Origin: Chthoniobacterales bacterium
Lineage (GTDB): Bacteria > Verrucomicrobiota > Verrucomicrobiia > Chthoniobacterales > JAFAMB01
Length of the DNA stretch: 64,000 bases
Reading direction: 5' to 3'
Assembly: GCA_049585495.1 (NCBI GenBank)
Contig: JBAUZZ010000216.1
Span: forward strand, 3,043-67,042
Within the stretch, counting starts at the first letter, position 1. Every line of letters begins with the position of its first letter. Under the pieces are notes generated by a model, which had not been told where the DNA came from, searched no databases, and worked only from the letters and a program-made list of their open reading frames with translations. This document shows, piece after piece, positions 7,665 to 17,789 of the stretch. A program made the translations under genes and the position numbers.

Positions 7665-8717
7665 ATGATACTCCGCAAAATTATCCACCTCGACATGGAT
7701 TGTTTTTATGCGGCAATCGAGGTACGGGACCGCCCGGAGCTGGTCAGCCAGCCGGTGGCGGTTGGCGGGGCGCGAGATCGCCGGGGAGTATTAACCACCT
7801 GCAACTATGAAGCCCGCAAATACGGCGTTCGCTCAGCGATGCCAACCTTTCAGGCGCTACAGAAGTGCCCGCACCTGATCGTCATACCTCCGCGATTCGA
7901 CGTCTATCAGGCTGAGTCGGCCAAGATTCGGGAGATTCTTTACAAGTTTGCTTCTCTCGTCGAACCCCTTTCTCTTGATGAAGCCTTTCTCGATATTTCG
8001 CACCATGACGGAGACCCCTCAGCAGTTGCCAGCATAATTCGCCACATGATCTTCCAGCGAACGGCCCTGACGGTCTCGGCGGGGATTGCTCCAAACAAAA
8101 TGTTAGCCAAGATCGCCAGCGAGTGGAACAAACCAAACGGCCAACACGAAATCCGACCCGAGGATGTCGAGGCGTTTATGCTTGAACTACCAGTTGAGAA
8201 ACTCTGGGGAATCGGACAGAAATCGGCGGCAAAGCTCCAGAGCCTTGGCACCCGGACGTGTGGCCAATTGCAGCGCTATTCCAGAATTCAGCTCTTCGAA
8301 TTATTCGGCCGCTTTGGCCTGGAACTTTTTGACCTCTGTCGCGGGGTCGATAATCGAGAAGTGGTACCCGATCGGGTTCGCAAGTCCCTCAGCAACGAAC
8401 GCACCTTCACCAGGGACTTGACCTCCCCAACGCAATGCGAGGCGCGCCTGCCGGAACTGTATGAAGACTTGATGAGCGACCTGCAGAAATCTGGAGCGGT
8501 AGACCGCGTCCGGAGTATTTTTGTCAAAATCCGTTTCTCAGATTTCACCCGAACAACGGTGGAACGCGGTGGTATGGCACTTCACCTGGACAATTTTGTT
8601 ACGTTGCTTCATGAAGGTTTGCAGCGGAAGACCCTTAGTGTGCGCCTCCTCGGTCTTGGTGTGAGATTGCAGGAGGATCCCCCCGAGAATACCATGCAAT
8701 TGGACCTGCAAATTTGA
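7665..8717 (+). CDS. dinB: DNA polymerase IV
   Basis: MILRKIIHLDMDCFYAAIEVRDRPEL...SLDEAFLD... are Y-family polymerase motifs, and the protein is full length at 350 aa. Confidence 0.95.
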   Translation: MILRKIIHLDMDCFYAAIEVRDRPELVSQPVAVGGARDRRGVLTTCNYEARKYGVRSAMPTFQALQKCPHLIVIPPRFDVYQAESAKIREILYKFASLVEPLSLDEAFLDISHHDGDPSAVASIIRHMIFQRTALTVSAGIAPNKMLAKIASEWNKPNGQHEIRPEDVEAFMLELPVEKLWGIGQKSAAKLQSLGTRTCGQLQRYSRIQLFELFGRFGLELFDLCRGVDNREVVPDRVRKSLSNERTFTRDLTSPTQCEARLPELYEDLMSDLQKSGAVDRVRSIFVKIRFSDFTRTTVERGGMALHLDNFVTLLHEGLQRKTLSVRLLGLGVRLQEDPPENTMQLDLQI

Positions 8718-8750
8718 GCAACGGTCACCAAACACTAACAAGGAAACGAA

Positions 8751-10385
8751 ATGAGCACGATCCCTCTGACGCAGCGCCCCGAATGGCAGGCGCTAGCGAA
8801 GAATCACGAAAAGATCAAGGATATCCATCTGCGCCAGCTATTCTCCAGTGACGCGAAGCGTGGCGAGCGGTTCGCGGTGGAAGAGGCCGGGTTGTATCTC
8901 GACTATTCGAAAAACCGCGTCACCGACGAAACTCTGCGGCTCCTTCTCGGACTCGCCGCAGCCTGCGAGCTGCGGCAACGCATCGACGCAATGTTCCGCG
9001 GCGAGAAAATCAACTTGACCGAGAACCGTGCGGTTTTGCATGTGGCTCTGCGGTCGCCGCCAGATCAGTCAATCATCTTCGACGGTGAAGATGTCGTCCC
9101 AAAGGTGCATGCGGTACTGGATCGGATGGCTGGCTTCGCCGATCGGGTGCGGAGCGGTGCCTGGAAGGGATATTCCGAAAAGCCCGTTCGCAACGTTGTC
9201 AATATCGGTATCGGTGGTTCCGACCTCGGGCCGGTGATGGCTTATGAGGCGCTCCGGCACTACAGCCGGCGTGACTTGACCTTCCGCTTTGTCTCAAACG
9301 TCGATGGCACAGATTTTGTCGAAGCGACTCACGACCTCGCACCCGATGAGACGCTATTCATCGTTTCATCGAAAACTTTTACCACGCTGGAAACAATGAC
9401 CAATGCCCGGACGGCGCGTGAGTGGGCGCTGAAAGCGTTGCAGGATGAGAAGGCGATTGCCAAGCATTTCGTCGCTGTTTCAACCAATGCTGCCGAAGTT
9501 TCAAAGTTCGGGATTGATACCGCGAATATGTTCGGCTTTTGGGACTGGGTCGGCGGCCGGTACTCGATGGATTCGGCGATCGGACTCTCAACGATGCTCG
9601 CTATCGGGCCTGAGAACTTCCGCTCCTTGCTCGCCGGCTTCCACGCGATGGACGAGCACTTTCGCACTGCGCCATTCGAGCGCAACCTTCCCGTAATCAT
9701 GGGGTTGCTTGCTATCTGGTACAACGATTTTTTCGGGGCGCAGACCGTCGCGGTCCTTCCTTACGATCAGTACCTCAAGCGTTTCCCGGCCTACCTCCAA
9801 CAGTTGACCATGGAGAGCAATGGCAAGCATGTGACGCTGGGTGGCGCAGCGGTAGAATATGAAACCGGGCCCATCTATTGGGGCGAGCCTGGCACAAATG
9901 GCCAACACTCGTTCTATCAACTGATCCATCAAGGGACGAAGCTAATTCCGTGCGACTTTATTGGCTTCTGCCAATCGCTGAACCCTCTAGGCAATCATCA
10001 CAACGTTCTCATGTCGAATATGTTCGCGCAGGCCGAGGCGTTGGCGTTTGGCAAAACCCCGGAGGCTGTCAAGGCCGAAGGCACAGCAGATTGGCTGGTG
10101 CCGCATCGGACTTTCGAGGGCAACCGCCCCTCCAATACTCTCCTCGCGGAACGCTTAACCCCGGAAACGCTGGGCAAACTGGTTGCGCTTTACGAGCACA
10201 GCGTCTTCACCCAAGGCGCCATTTGGGACATCGACTCATTCGACCAGTGGGGAGTCGAACTCGGTAAGGTGCTGGCGAAGCGGATCATCCCCGAGCTTGA
10301 GCAGGCCGGCGATCCGGAACTGGCCCACGATAGCTCCACGAACAGATTGATTCATTATTACCGGAAGCGGAAAGGCGGACGATGA
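8751..10385 (+). CDS. pgi: glucose-6-phosphate isomerase
   Basis: 544 aa. [22 protein letters not shown] and [18 protein letters not shown] are PGI signature blocks. Confidence 0.97.
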   Translation: MSTIPLTQRPEWQALAKNHEKIKDIHLRQLFSSDAKRGERFAVEEAGLYLDYSKNRVTDETLRLLLGLAAACELRQRIDAMFRGEKINLTENRAVLHVALRSPPDQSIIFDGEDVVPKVHAVLDRMAGFADRVRSGAWKGYSEKPVRNVVNIGIGGSDLGPVMAYEALRHYSRRDLTFRFVSNVDGTDFVEATHDLAPDETLFIVSSKTFTTLETMTNARTAREWALKALQDEKAIAKHFVAVSTNAAEVSKFGIDTANMFGFWDWVGGRYSMDSAIGLSTMLAIGPENFRSLLAGFHAMDEHFRTAPFERNLPVIMGLLAIWYNDFFGAQTVAVLPYDQYLKRFPAYLQQLTMESNGKHVTLGGAAVEYETGPIYWGEPGTNGQHSFYQLIHQGTKLIPCDFIGFCQSLNPLGNHHNVLMSNMFAQAEALAFGKTPEAVKAEGTADWLVPHRTFEGNRPSNTLLAERLTPETLGKLVALYEHSVFTQGAIWDIDSFDQWGVELGKVLAKRIIPELEQAGDPELAHDSSTNRLIHYYRKRKGGR

Positions 10386-11098
10386 GCGCGTCGAATCAAT
10401 CCAGGGAGGAACAGACTTCCTTGAAACGGCAGGCAGCCGGGCGCGCCGTTGAGTTTGTGCAGTCGGGTATGATCATAGGCTTGGGTACCGGCTCAACGGC
10501 AATTTTTGCAACCCGTCGCATCGCTGAATTGTGGAAGGTCGGTCAACTCAAGAACATCACCGGATTCGCGACTTCGAAGGCAGTTTGGCAAGAAGCGCTA
10601 CATCTCGGCATCCCGATGATGGACGACGAGATGCCGCGAGCCATCGACCTGACTATAGATGGCGCGGACGAGGTGGACCCTGAGCTGCATCTGATCAAAG
10701 GAGGCGGTGGCGCGTTGCTGCGGGAAAAGATCGTGGCCCAAGCGAGCCGGCGCGTGATTATTGTTGTCGACGACACCAAACTGTCTCCGCACCTCGGCAA
10801 CAATCACTCGCTTCCGGTCGAAGTCCTCGCCTTCGGTTGGTGTTCTCAGCGCCGCTACCTCGAATCGCTCGGAGCCGCAGTCGAAGTGCGGAAGAATTCA
10901 GACGGCCAGGAGTTTGCCACGGACTCGGGCAATATGATCCTGGACTGCGCTTTTGGCGCGATCGAGAACCCCGTCAAGCTCGGTGCAGATCTAAGTGCTC
11001 GTGCCGGGATCGTGGAGCACGGCCTGTTTCTCGGCCTGGCCACCGACCTGATTGTCGCGAGTCAGTCCGGAGTTCGACATCTCCAACGCGATCACTAA
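10382..11098 (+). CDS. rpiA: ribose-5-phosphate isomerase A
   Basis: GLGTGSTA...IDGADEVD...[15 protein letters not shown] are RpiA motifs. The start overlaps the pgi stop in ATGA. Confidence 0.95.
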   Translation: MSASNQSREEQTSLKRQAAGRAVEFVQSGMIIGLGTGSTAIFATRRIAELWKVGQLKNITGFATSKAVWQEALHLGIPMMDDEMPRAIDLTIDGADEVDPELHLIKGGGGALLREKIVAQASRRVIIVVDDTKLSPHLGNNHSLPVEVLAFGWCSQRRYLESLGAAVEVRKNSDGQEFATDSGNMILDCAFGAIENPVKLGADLSARAGIVEHGLFLGLATDLIVASQSGVRHLQRDH

Positions 11099-11143
11099 CC
11101 CGCAATTTTTGTGCAAAATGCCCGCAAGTTCGGATCCAAATCC

Positions 11144-11195
11144 GGTAGGGCCAAGTTCCACCTTGGCCTAAGCCCAGGAGGTAGTAGCTTCGGCT
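11144..11195. repeat. short or truncated copy of the GGTAGGGCCAA-type repeat
   Basis: GGTAGGGCCAAGTTCCACCTTGGCCTAAGCCCAGGAGGTAGTAGC matches the ends of the 53576-53709 element, but the internal block of about 40 nt is missing. Confidence 0.65.
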
Positions 11196-11326
11196 CCAGC
11201 ACGTGCTTCTACACGTCCACTGGAGTTTGGACATTTGAAGGTTACCCGACGCTAGCAGTCCCAGCCAGTCTGTCCCGGAGGGACATATGAGAGTAGCCCG
11301 TTGGCCTAATATTGTTCGAGACGATC

Positions 11327-12334
11327 TTACCGGGAAAACTTTCGGATGAAGTCGTACGGATAGGGCAGAGGCACTTCGCTGGCGGAATCCAGCTTCCTGA
11401 TTTGTTTGTCGGACAATGCCCAGCCGACAGCGCCGAGATTACTTTCCAGTTGCTCCATTCTTCGCGCGCCGATAATCGGAGCCGTGACTCCAGGTTGGTG
11501 CAGCAGCCAATTTAGCGCGACTTGGGCCGCCGACCGTTTTGACTCGTCAGCCACTTCGTGCAAGGCGTCCAGAACTCTCCAGGTGTGCTCGTTATTATAA
11601 GCGCTCCACTTCTCACTCCAGTCCTTCTCTTCAGCGATCTGAATCCGACTCCCCTCCGGAGGCGCACTCATGCCGCGCCGGAATTTCCCGGAAAGCCAGC
11701 CACCGCGGAGTGGACTCCACGGGATCACGCCGAGCCCCTCCCGTTGGGCCAGCGGAATCAGTTCCCATTCAGTCGAACGGCATAGGAGATTGTATTGCGG
11801 CTGGAGACAGAAGAAATGCTCCCAGCCCATTTCACGGCTGAGATCAATGGCTCGTTGAAGCTGCCATCCCGTATAATTGCTTGCACCCAGGTATCGGACG
11901 AGACCGCGACGCACAAGATCGTTCAGCGTCGACAGCGTCTCCTCGAGCGGCGTTTGTGAATCCCAACAGTGAACCTGGTAAAGATCCAGATAGTCCGTCT
12001 GTAGTCGCCGCAAACTCGCTTCCACCGCGTTGAGGAGATGCTTCCGGCTGAGACCAAGATCATTCGGGCCATCACCCATCCGAAATCGAGCCTTTGTCGC
12101 AATGATCATGTCATCGCGCCGTTGGCGCTTTAACCAGCGACCGAGGATTTCTTCAGAAACGCCGGTTGAATACACATTCGCGGTGTCAACAAAGTTTCCA
12201 CCCGCTGCGACAAAGCGATCCAGCATCTGATGGCTCTCCTTTTCCGTCGCTTCGTTCTCGCGCCCGAACGTCATTGCACCCAGGCAAAGCTCGCTAACCC
12301 GGAGCCCGGTACGCCCTAAATATCGATAATCCAT
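11327..12334 (-). CDS. aldo/keto reductase
   Basis: [24 protein letters not shown]...DTANVYS.G.SEEILG...LDLYQVH are AKR family motifs. The start is the ATG at 12334 (codon 12 of ORF 11327..12367). Confidence 0.9.
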   Translation of the reverse strand: MDYRYLGRTGLRVSELCLGAMTFGRENEATEKESHQMLDRFVAAGGNFVDTANVYSTGVSEEILGRWLKRQRRDDMIIATKARFRMGDGPNDLGLSRKHLLNAVEASLRRLQTDYLDLYQVHCWDSQTPLEETLSTLNDLVRRGLVRYLGASNYTGWQLQRAIDLSREMGWEHFFCLQPQYNLLCRSTEWELIPLAQREGLGVIPWSPLRGGWLSGKFRRGMSAPPEGSRIQIAEEKDWSEKWSAYNNEHTWRVLDALHEVADESKRSAAQVALNWLLHQPGVTAPIIGARRMEQLESNLGAVGWALSDKQIRKLDSASEVPLPYPYDFIRKFSR

Positions 12335-12335
12335 G

Positions 12336-12555
12336 ATTAATGATGCCAGGAATGCCCCGATTGCCAAGGGGGGAACAGTGGTCAGTAGTCAGTGGTCAGT
12401 AGTCAGTGGTCAGTGATTATCAGTGATCAGTAATCAGTGAACGGTGAGACGGTGCGGGGTGCGGTCAGGACACCGGTAACGCTACTGACTACTGACCACT
12501 GACCACTGACCACCGGTCCCCCCTTGGCAATCGGGGCATTCCTGGCATTATTAAT
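12336..12555. repeat. 220-bp hairpin: 38-nt unique outer arms plus CAGTRRT tandem-heptamer inner arms
   Basis: 12336-12373 is ATTAATGATGCCAGGAATGCCCCGATTGCCAAGGGGGG. It is the reverse complement of 12518-12555 at 37 of 38 positions. Inward there are CAGTGGT/CAGTAGT x6 then CAGTGAT/CAGTAAT, opposite ACTACTG/ACCACTG x4-5. Confidence 0.9.
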
Positions 12556-12557
12556 TG

Positions 12558-13724
12558 ATGATTTCGCCGTACACCTTTTCCCCCCGCGGTCGCTTGTTGG
12601 ACTTCATGCGGCAGGCCGGTGATCCCAGACTGATCAACCTGGCGGCTGGCCTTCCGTCTAGCGAGTGCGTACCAAAAAGCGACCTGAAATGGGCCTTCGA
12701 GGCAGCATTAACCGAATCCGCTGACCAGGCACTAGGCTACCACACTCCCGACGGCGATAACTTGCTTAGAGAGCTGTTGGCGAAACGTTTTCACTCTCGA
12801 GGCATCAATGTGACCGCCGACAAAATGGTGATGACTACGGGCTGCACTCAGGCGCTGAATGGTATAATCCGCTTGCTGACAAAACCGGGTGATGTGGTCG
12901 CCTGTGAGGCACCGGCCTACTACGCAACCCTGGAGGTCCTGGGTGATCTCGGTATACGGGTGCTACCCATTCCGGTAAGAGACGCAAACGGGGTCGACCT
13001 CGACCTTGTCTCCAACCTGTTTAATCGGTACCGACCGCGATGCTTTGTGGTGTGTTCGACACTTTCTAACCCCTCCGGCGCAACGATGCCGAATCGGGCT
13101 CGCTTGGAGTTGCTGGATATCTGCTATCGGACAGGAACTCGGATCGTCGAGGACGAGATTTACGGGGAACTCAGTGAGATCGTCGGCTTGCGCTCAATCC
13201 GGTCTTACGATGACGGTTCAACCGTTTCGTACGTGACAAGCTTCTCGAAAACGGTGGCTCCGGGCATACGCGTCGGGGTGTGCATTCCCGGAGGAAACAC
13301 GGATAGCTTCGCCCTGCTAAAATCCCAGCAAGACATGCACTCGGCCACGATTTGCGAAGTTGCCTTTCGAAAGTATCTCGAGCTTGGCGTGCTCGATTCC
13401 CACCTCGATTACCTCAGAAAGTTAAATCGGGAGCGTCGTGAGCACGCCTACCAGGTAATTCGCGAGTCGTTTCCGGCGGACACCAGGGTCTGGCAGCCGC
13501 AGGGGGGATTTATGCTGTGGGTTGAACTAGCGGCCACGGCCGAGATCGAAATGCTTTATCGAGCCGCGCTAGCCGAAAGCGTTGCTTTTTGTCAAGGCAC
13601 GGCGTTTTTCACTGCGGATAACGCAGGGCCGCCCGCGATGCGCTTGAATTGCTCCCGCCCCACGAAGGACCAACTGACCCGGGGCCTGCAAATCCTGGGC
13701 AAGCTGCTGCAGAAGAGTTGGTAG
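12558..13724 (+). CDS. PLP-dependent aminotransferase (class I/II, AspC/LysN-like)
   Basis: LINLAAGLP...YHTPDGDNLLRELLA...TTGCTQAL...NPSGATM...SFSKTVAPGIRVG (PLP-Lys in SFSK) is the aminotransferase fold-type I pattern. ATG at 12558. Confidence 0.85.
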   Translation: MISPYTFSPRGRLLDFMRQAGDPRLINLAAGLPSSECVPKSDLKWAFEAALTESADQALGYHTPDGDNLLRELLAKRFHSRGINVTADKMVMTTGCTQALNGIIRLLTKPGDVVACEAPAYYATLEVLGDLGIRVLPIPVRDANGVDLDLVSNLFNRYRPRCFVVCSTLSNPSGATMPNRARLELLDICYRTGTRIVEDEIYGELSEIVGLRSIRSYDDGSTVSYVTSFSKTVAPGIRVGVCIPGGNTDSFALLKSQQDMHSATICEVAFRKYLELGVLDSHLDYLRKLNRERREHAYQVIRESFPADTRVWQPQGGFMLWVELAATAEIEMLYRAALAESVAFCQGTAFFTADNAGPPAMRLNCSRPTKDQLTRGLQILGKLLQKSW

Positions 13725-13750
13725 GTAAAAGCAGTCTGACGACCAAACCA

Positions 13751-16700
13751 ATGACGTTTCGGTTCGTTCTCCTTTTCGCTGCTATCGCCAGTTTCCAAGC
13801 GACCGCCATGCTCTCTGCTCAGGCCCAGGCACTCGGTCCTAGCACGGCACCCCTCTGGATGCGCTACTCGGCGATTTCGCCGGATGGCAAAGCGATTGCG
13901 TTCACCTTCCAGGGGCACATTTTCACGGTGCCCAGTAGCGGCGGTCGCGCCGAGGCCTTGACCGGTGGCCCAGCTCACGATTCCGCTCCGGTCTGGTCGC
14001 CGGACGGTCGCTCGATTGCTTTCGCATCTGACCGCTATGGGCATTACGACGTTTACCTGATGAGTGCGCAGGGCGGCCCCGCTCGTCGGCTTACGACCTG
14101 TTCCACCGATCAGGTTCCCACCGCCTTCACCCCCGATGGCCGCTTCGTGCTCTTCAGCGCCAACCGCATGGGTTCGGCGACGAGCTCAGAATTTCCTGCC
14201 GGAAGGTGGACACCGCAGCTATTCCGGGTCTCAATCGACGGAGGTCGCGAACCCGAACTCGTCCTGACTAGCCCGGCGCTCAATGCCCGCTATGACCGCG
14301 CCGGCCAGCGGATTCTCTACGAAGATCTCAAGGGCTACGAAGATCTTTGGCGTAAGCATGAGACTTACTCGGTCGCTCCTGATATCTGGATTTACGACTC
14401 AAAGACTGGCGATCATACAAAGCTTACGAATGTTCGGGGCGAAAACCGAAACCCAGTCTGGGCACCGGATGAAAATTCCGTTTACTACCTGAGCGAGCAG
14501 AGCGGCTCTTTCAACGTGTGGAAGTTGCCTTTAGGCGGCAACAAACCAGGCACGCCGGAGCAGATAACGCAATTTGACAAGAACCCAGTCCGGTTCCTTT
14601 CCAGCTCAGTAACCGGCGATCTCTGCTTCGGATTCGACGGTGAATTGTACACCTTGCCAGCCGGCGCCCACGACCCGCAGAAGGTCGCGGTGCAGATCTC
14701 GCTGACCGACAGCGCACCGCGCATTCGGACGGAACAATTCGCCGACCAGGTCACGGAGATCGCGCTGAGTCCGAATGGAAAGGAGATCGCCTTCGTCGTT
14801 CGCGGAGACATCTTTGTCGCGTCAAGCGAAGACGGCATGACGAAACGGATCACGAATACGCCGGGCCAGGAGCGAAGTGTCGCTTTCAGTCCTGATGGGC
14901 GCCATCTCGTTTTCGCTGCGGAGTACAACAAACCATGGGCCTTGTACGAAGGCTCGATTGTCCAACCAAAAGCAAAAGAGCCTTACTTTTTTGATTCAAC
15001 GGTGATCGATATCCATCCCGTCCTGGACAATGGCCACGAGAATTTTCAGCCCAAGTATTCCCCCGATGGAAAGGAGATCGCATACCTTGAAGACCGTACC
15101 ACTCTTAAAGTTCTCAACCTCGAGTCCAGACAAACGCGAGTGATTTTGCCAGGAGACCGCAACTATTCCTACGAAGACGGCGATCAATGGTTCGACTGGT
15201 CACCCGACGGAAAGTGGTTTTTGGTCAGTTTCCTGGATCTCAACCGCTGGTCGAAGGAAGCTGGCCTTGTCGATTCTGCCGGGAACCAGGAACTCACCAA
15301 CCTGACAAAGAGTGGTTATGAAGACGAAAAGCCAGAGTGGACGATGGATGGAAAATCGATGATCTGGCTGACCGATCGTTACGGGCTGCACGGAGATGGT
15401 TACGCCGAGAACGCACAAGTTGACGTTTACGAAATGTTTTTCACGCAGGCTGCGTTCGATCGATTCAAGCTGTCTAAGGCCGAATACGGCATTCTGAAAG
15501 CCAAAGAGGACGAGGAACAAAGGAAGAAAGAGAAAGAAGAGAGCAGGGAACAAACGACGGGCGCGGGTGAAACGGAGCAAACGAAGATTGAGCCGATACC
15601 GATCGACTTGAAGAATATCGAAGATCGAACTGCCCGTCTCACGTTGGGCTCAACGCCGATTGCGGACGCAAAGTTGACCAAGGACGGAGAGATCCTCGTC
15701 TACCTGGCCAAAAGCGACAAGGGATTCGAACTCTTTTCGCTCAAGATTAGGGAAAAGGAACTGAAGCGCTTGGCGGAATTTGAGGCGCCGGAGCATCACG
15801 GACCCGGCATCAAGTTCCCGCAACAGGTCGAGCTCACCTCGGATGGCAAGAATGCCTACGTGCTGGTTAACGGGAAAATCAACAAAGTTACCATCGCTGA
15901 CGGAAAATCCGAGCCGGTGAAATTCAGCGCAGAAAAGGAGATCGATAGCGCCGCTGAGCGCGCCTGCCTGTTCGAGCACATGTGGCGGCAGATGAAGGAG
16001 AAGTTCTATCTCCAGGACATGAACGGCGTCGACTGGGATTATTACAAACGAGTCTACGCGCGCTTCCTTCCCTTCATCGTCGATAACCGTGATTTCGCTG
16101 AAATGATGAGCGAGATGTTAGGGGAGCTGAATGCTAGCCACACCGGTTGTCGCTACTACCCCCAGAATATGGACCAAACCGCGGCTCTCGGCGCATTCTT
16201 CGATCCGACTTTCACGGGACCCGGCGTCAAAATTCAAGAGGTTATCGACAAAGGACCATTAGTCACTGCTAGCGCTCCGATTCAGGCAGGGATGGTCATC
16301 GAAAAAATTGATGCAACAACTATTGCTCCCGGGATGGACCTCAGTCCGCTTTTGAACCACAAGGCGGGCAAACCCACTTTGCTTACGATTCTCGATCCGG
16401 CAAAGAACAGCAGGTTCGAGGTGACCGTCAAGCCAACCGGTCTGGCCGAGCAGGAAGGCCTGCTTTATGAGCGATGGGTCAAGCAACGACGCGAAATCGT
16501 TAACCGGTTGAGCAATGGAACAATCGGTTACGTCCATGTGCGTAGCATGACTGATGAAAGTTACCGCGACACTTTCGCCGAAGCGCTCGGCCAGGAGAGC
16601 GGCAAAAAGGCGTTGATTGTCGACACTCGCTTCAATGGCGGCGGGAATCTTCATGATCAGCTGGAGACTTTTCTCAACGGAAAAACCTATTTGCTGGCGA

Positions 16701-17062
16701 TTCCACGGGGCCAGAGCCTCGGTTGGGAACCGTTCAACAAATGGAACAAACCAAGTGCAGTTCTGGTCGGTGAAAGCAACTATTCGGACGCGGACCTTTT
16801 CCCCTGGATTTATCAGCACTTTGCCATCGGCAAGCTTGTCGGCATGCCGGTGCCGGGAACTGGTACATCGGTCTGGTGGGAAACCCAGCAAGATCCGACG
16901 CTTTTATTCGGCATTCCCGAAGTAGGGCGGATGGATGCCCAAGGCCATTACCTGGAAAACATTCAGGTCGAACCTGATATCAAAGTCGAGAACGATCCTA
17001 GAAGCAGGGCCGAGGGCCGCGATCTGCAGCTGGAAGCGGCAGTGCGGGAACTGATCAAGTAG
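13751..17062 (+). CDS. tricorn-like protease: secreted PD40/beta-propeller repeats plus PDZ-like and S41 peptidase domains
   Basis: Signal peptide MTFRFVLLFAAIASFQATAMLSAQA. There are at least 8 (S/T/A)P(D/N)G/APDE TolB-type repeats (SPDGKAIAF, SPDGRSIAFASDR, TPDGRFVLFSANR, APDENSVYYL, SPNGKEIAFV, SPDGRHLVFAAE, SPDGKEIAYLED, SPDGKWFLVS). The C-terminal S41-type block is GYVHVRSM...LIVDTRFNGGGN. Confidence 0.8.
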   Translation: MTFRFVLLFAAIASFQATAMLSAQAQALGPSTAPLWMRYSAISPDGKAIAFTFQGHIFTVPSSGGRAEALTGGPAHDSAPVWSPDGRSIAFASDRYGHYDVYLMSAQGGPARRLTTCSTDQVPTAFTPDGRFVLFSANRMGSATSSEFPAGRWTPQLFRVSIDGGREPELVLTSPALNARYDRAGQRILYEDLKGYEDLWRKHETYSVAPDIWIYDSKTGDHTKLTNVRGENRNPVWAPDENSVYYLSEQSGSFNVWKLPLGGNKPGTPEQITQFDKNPVRFLSSSVTGDLCFGFDGELYTLPAGAHDPQKVAVQISLTDSAPRIRTEQFADQVTEIALSPNGKEIAFVVRGDIFVASSEDGMTKRITNTPGQERSVAFSPDGRHLVFAAEYNKPWALYEGSIVQPKAKEPYFFDSTVIDIHPVLDNGHENFQPKYSPDGKEIAYLEDRTTLKVLNLESRQTRVILPGDRNYSYEDGDQWFDWSPDGKWFLVSFLDLNRWSKEAGLVDSAGNQELTNLTKSGYEDEKPEWTMDGKSMIWLTDRYGLHGDGYAENAQVDVYEMFFTQAAFDRFKLSKAEYGILKAKEDEEQRKKEKEESREQTTGAGETEQTKIEPIPIDLKNIEDRTARLTLGSTPIADAKLTKDGEILVYLAKSDKGFELFSLKIREKELKRLAEFEAPEHHGPGIKFPQQVELTSDGKNAYVLVNGKINKVTIADGKSEPVKFSAEKEIDSAAERACLFEHMWRQMKEKFYLQDMNGVDWDYYKRVYARFLPFIVDNRDFAEMMSEMLGELNASHTGCRYYPQNMDQTAALGAFFDPTFTGPGVKIQEVIDKGPLVTASAPIQAGMVIEKIDATTIAPGMDLSPLLNHKAGKPTLLTILDPAKNSRFEVTVKPTGLAEQEGLLYERWVKQRREIVNRLSNGTIGYVHVRSMTDESYRDTFAEALGQESGKKALIVDTRFNGGGNLHDQLETFLNGKTYLLAIPRGQSLGWEPFNKWNKPSAVLVGESNYSDADLFPWIYQHFAIGKLVGMPVPGTGTSVWWETQQDPTLLFGIPEVGRMDAQGHYLENIQVEPDIKVENDPRSRAEGRDLQLEAAVRELIK

Positions 17063-17118
17063 CGCCAAATATTGGTTGAAGCTGGAATTGTTTGGTTCTA
17101 CGTTCGCGTCCTCTTTTT

Positions 17119-17192
17119 GGAGACATAGCTCAACTGGTTAGAGCGCTGCCCTGTCACGGCAGAGGTTGCGGGTTCGAGCCCCGTTGTCTCCG
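17119..17192 (+). tRNA. tRNA-Asp (anticodon GTC)
   Basis: Folded by hand. Acceptor GGAGACA/TGTCTCC, D-arm GCTC-AACTGGTTA-GAGC, anticodon arm CTGCC-CTGTCAC-GGCAG, T-arm GCGGG-TTCGAGC-CCCGT, discriminator G. CCA is not encoded. Confidence 0.9.
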
Positions 17193-17276
17193 CATTTTGG
17201 GCGTGGCCGAAAAAGTTTGCAAAATCCTCTCCCTGCGCTACCTATTCCCTCCTCTGTTCACCCGGGAGGTCTTGCC

Positions 17277-17630
17277 ATGAACATTATCCAAAAAATTCAG
17301 AAAGAGCAGCTAAGGGCGGACATCGCGCCGTTCAAAGTCGGGGATACCGTGAGAGTACACACAAGAGTGGTGGAAGGAGACAAAGAGCGTATACAACTCT
17401 TTGCTGGAATCGTGATCGGAAGACGCGGTACCGGCTTGAACTCTTCTTTTACCGTAAGGCGAATTTCCTACGGGGAGGGCGTCGAACGCGTATTCCCGCT
17501 ACATTCCCCCCGGATCGCAAAAATCGAGGTTGAACGTCAAGGAGAGGTCCGGCGCGCAAAACTTAACTACCTGCGCGACCGCAAAGGCAAACAGGCCATG
17601 GCGGTGAAGGAAAAGGTGCAACAAACCTAG
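17277..17630 (+). CDS. rplS: 50S ribosomal protein L19
   Basis: [51 protein letters not shown]...[21 protein letters not shown] is a full L19 signature. ATG at 17277. Confidence 0.95.
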   Translation: MNIIQKIQKEQLRADIAPFKVGDTVRVHTRVVEGDKERIQLFAGIVIGRRGTGLNSSFTVRRISYGEGVERVFPLHSPRIAKIEVERQGEVRRAKLNYLRDRKGKQAMAVKEKVQQT

Positions 17631-17653
17631 GGTCCCTGCTCTGGCAGAGATGT

Positions 17654-17723
17654 TGTAGGCCGTCTGGCTCAGACGCCGGATGAGCCAGAAAGATTGTCCG
17701 GCGGCTGAGCCAGCCGCCCTACA
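17654..17723. repeat. REP-like palindromic unit (TGTAGGC...GCCCTACA variant)
   Basis: TGTAGGCCGTCTGGCTCAGACGCCGG ... CCGGCGGCTGAGCCAGCCGCCCTACA. The architecture matches 800-911. Confidence 0.75.
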
Positions 17724-17789
17724 AACCAGCTGGGAGCTCCGCGACCAAAAGCATTTGCAACTGGCAATCCCGAGCTGCAGAATCCGGGG

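Noticed and set aside
12374-12517. Considered the tandem short repeats (here and at 2701, 41901, 60155 and 61450) as possible CRISPR arrays.
   Set aside because: The period is 6-7 nt with no spacers. The units are arranged as inverted tracts, and there are no cas genes.
12518-12555. Considered a sigma-54 promoter reading of TTGGCA...GGCAT / CTGGCATTATTAATTG in the mirrored 38-mer.
   Set aside because: The GG-to-GC spacing does not fit the -24/-12 consensus (off by 1-2 nt in both candidate registers). Only the weaker sigma-70-like reading is kept, as a hypothesis in the finding.
13649-13750. N-terminal extensions offered by the ORF track. Examples are 13649 for the protease, 50061 for the UPF0261 gene, 62334 for purD, 1772 for the TPR gene, 4658, 20804, 31683, 1902 for rplM, and 60711 for apaG.
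   Set aside because: In each case an internal ATG (a GTG for apaG) gives the canonical family N-terminus or a signal peptide and removes overlap with the upstream gene or a repeat. The extension residues look non-coding.
17193-17276. Considered an L19 autoregulatory leader: CCTCCT 15 nt upstream could pair with the GGGAGG Shine-Dalgarno of rplS.
   Set aside because: The stem is only 6 bp and includes a G-U pair, and I see no resemblance to a known L19 leader. That is too weak to report as a feature.
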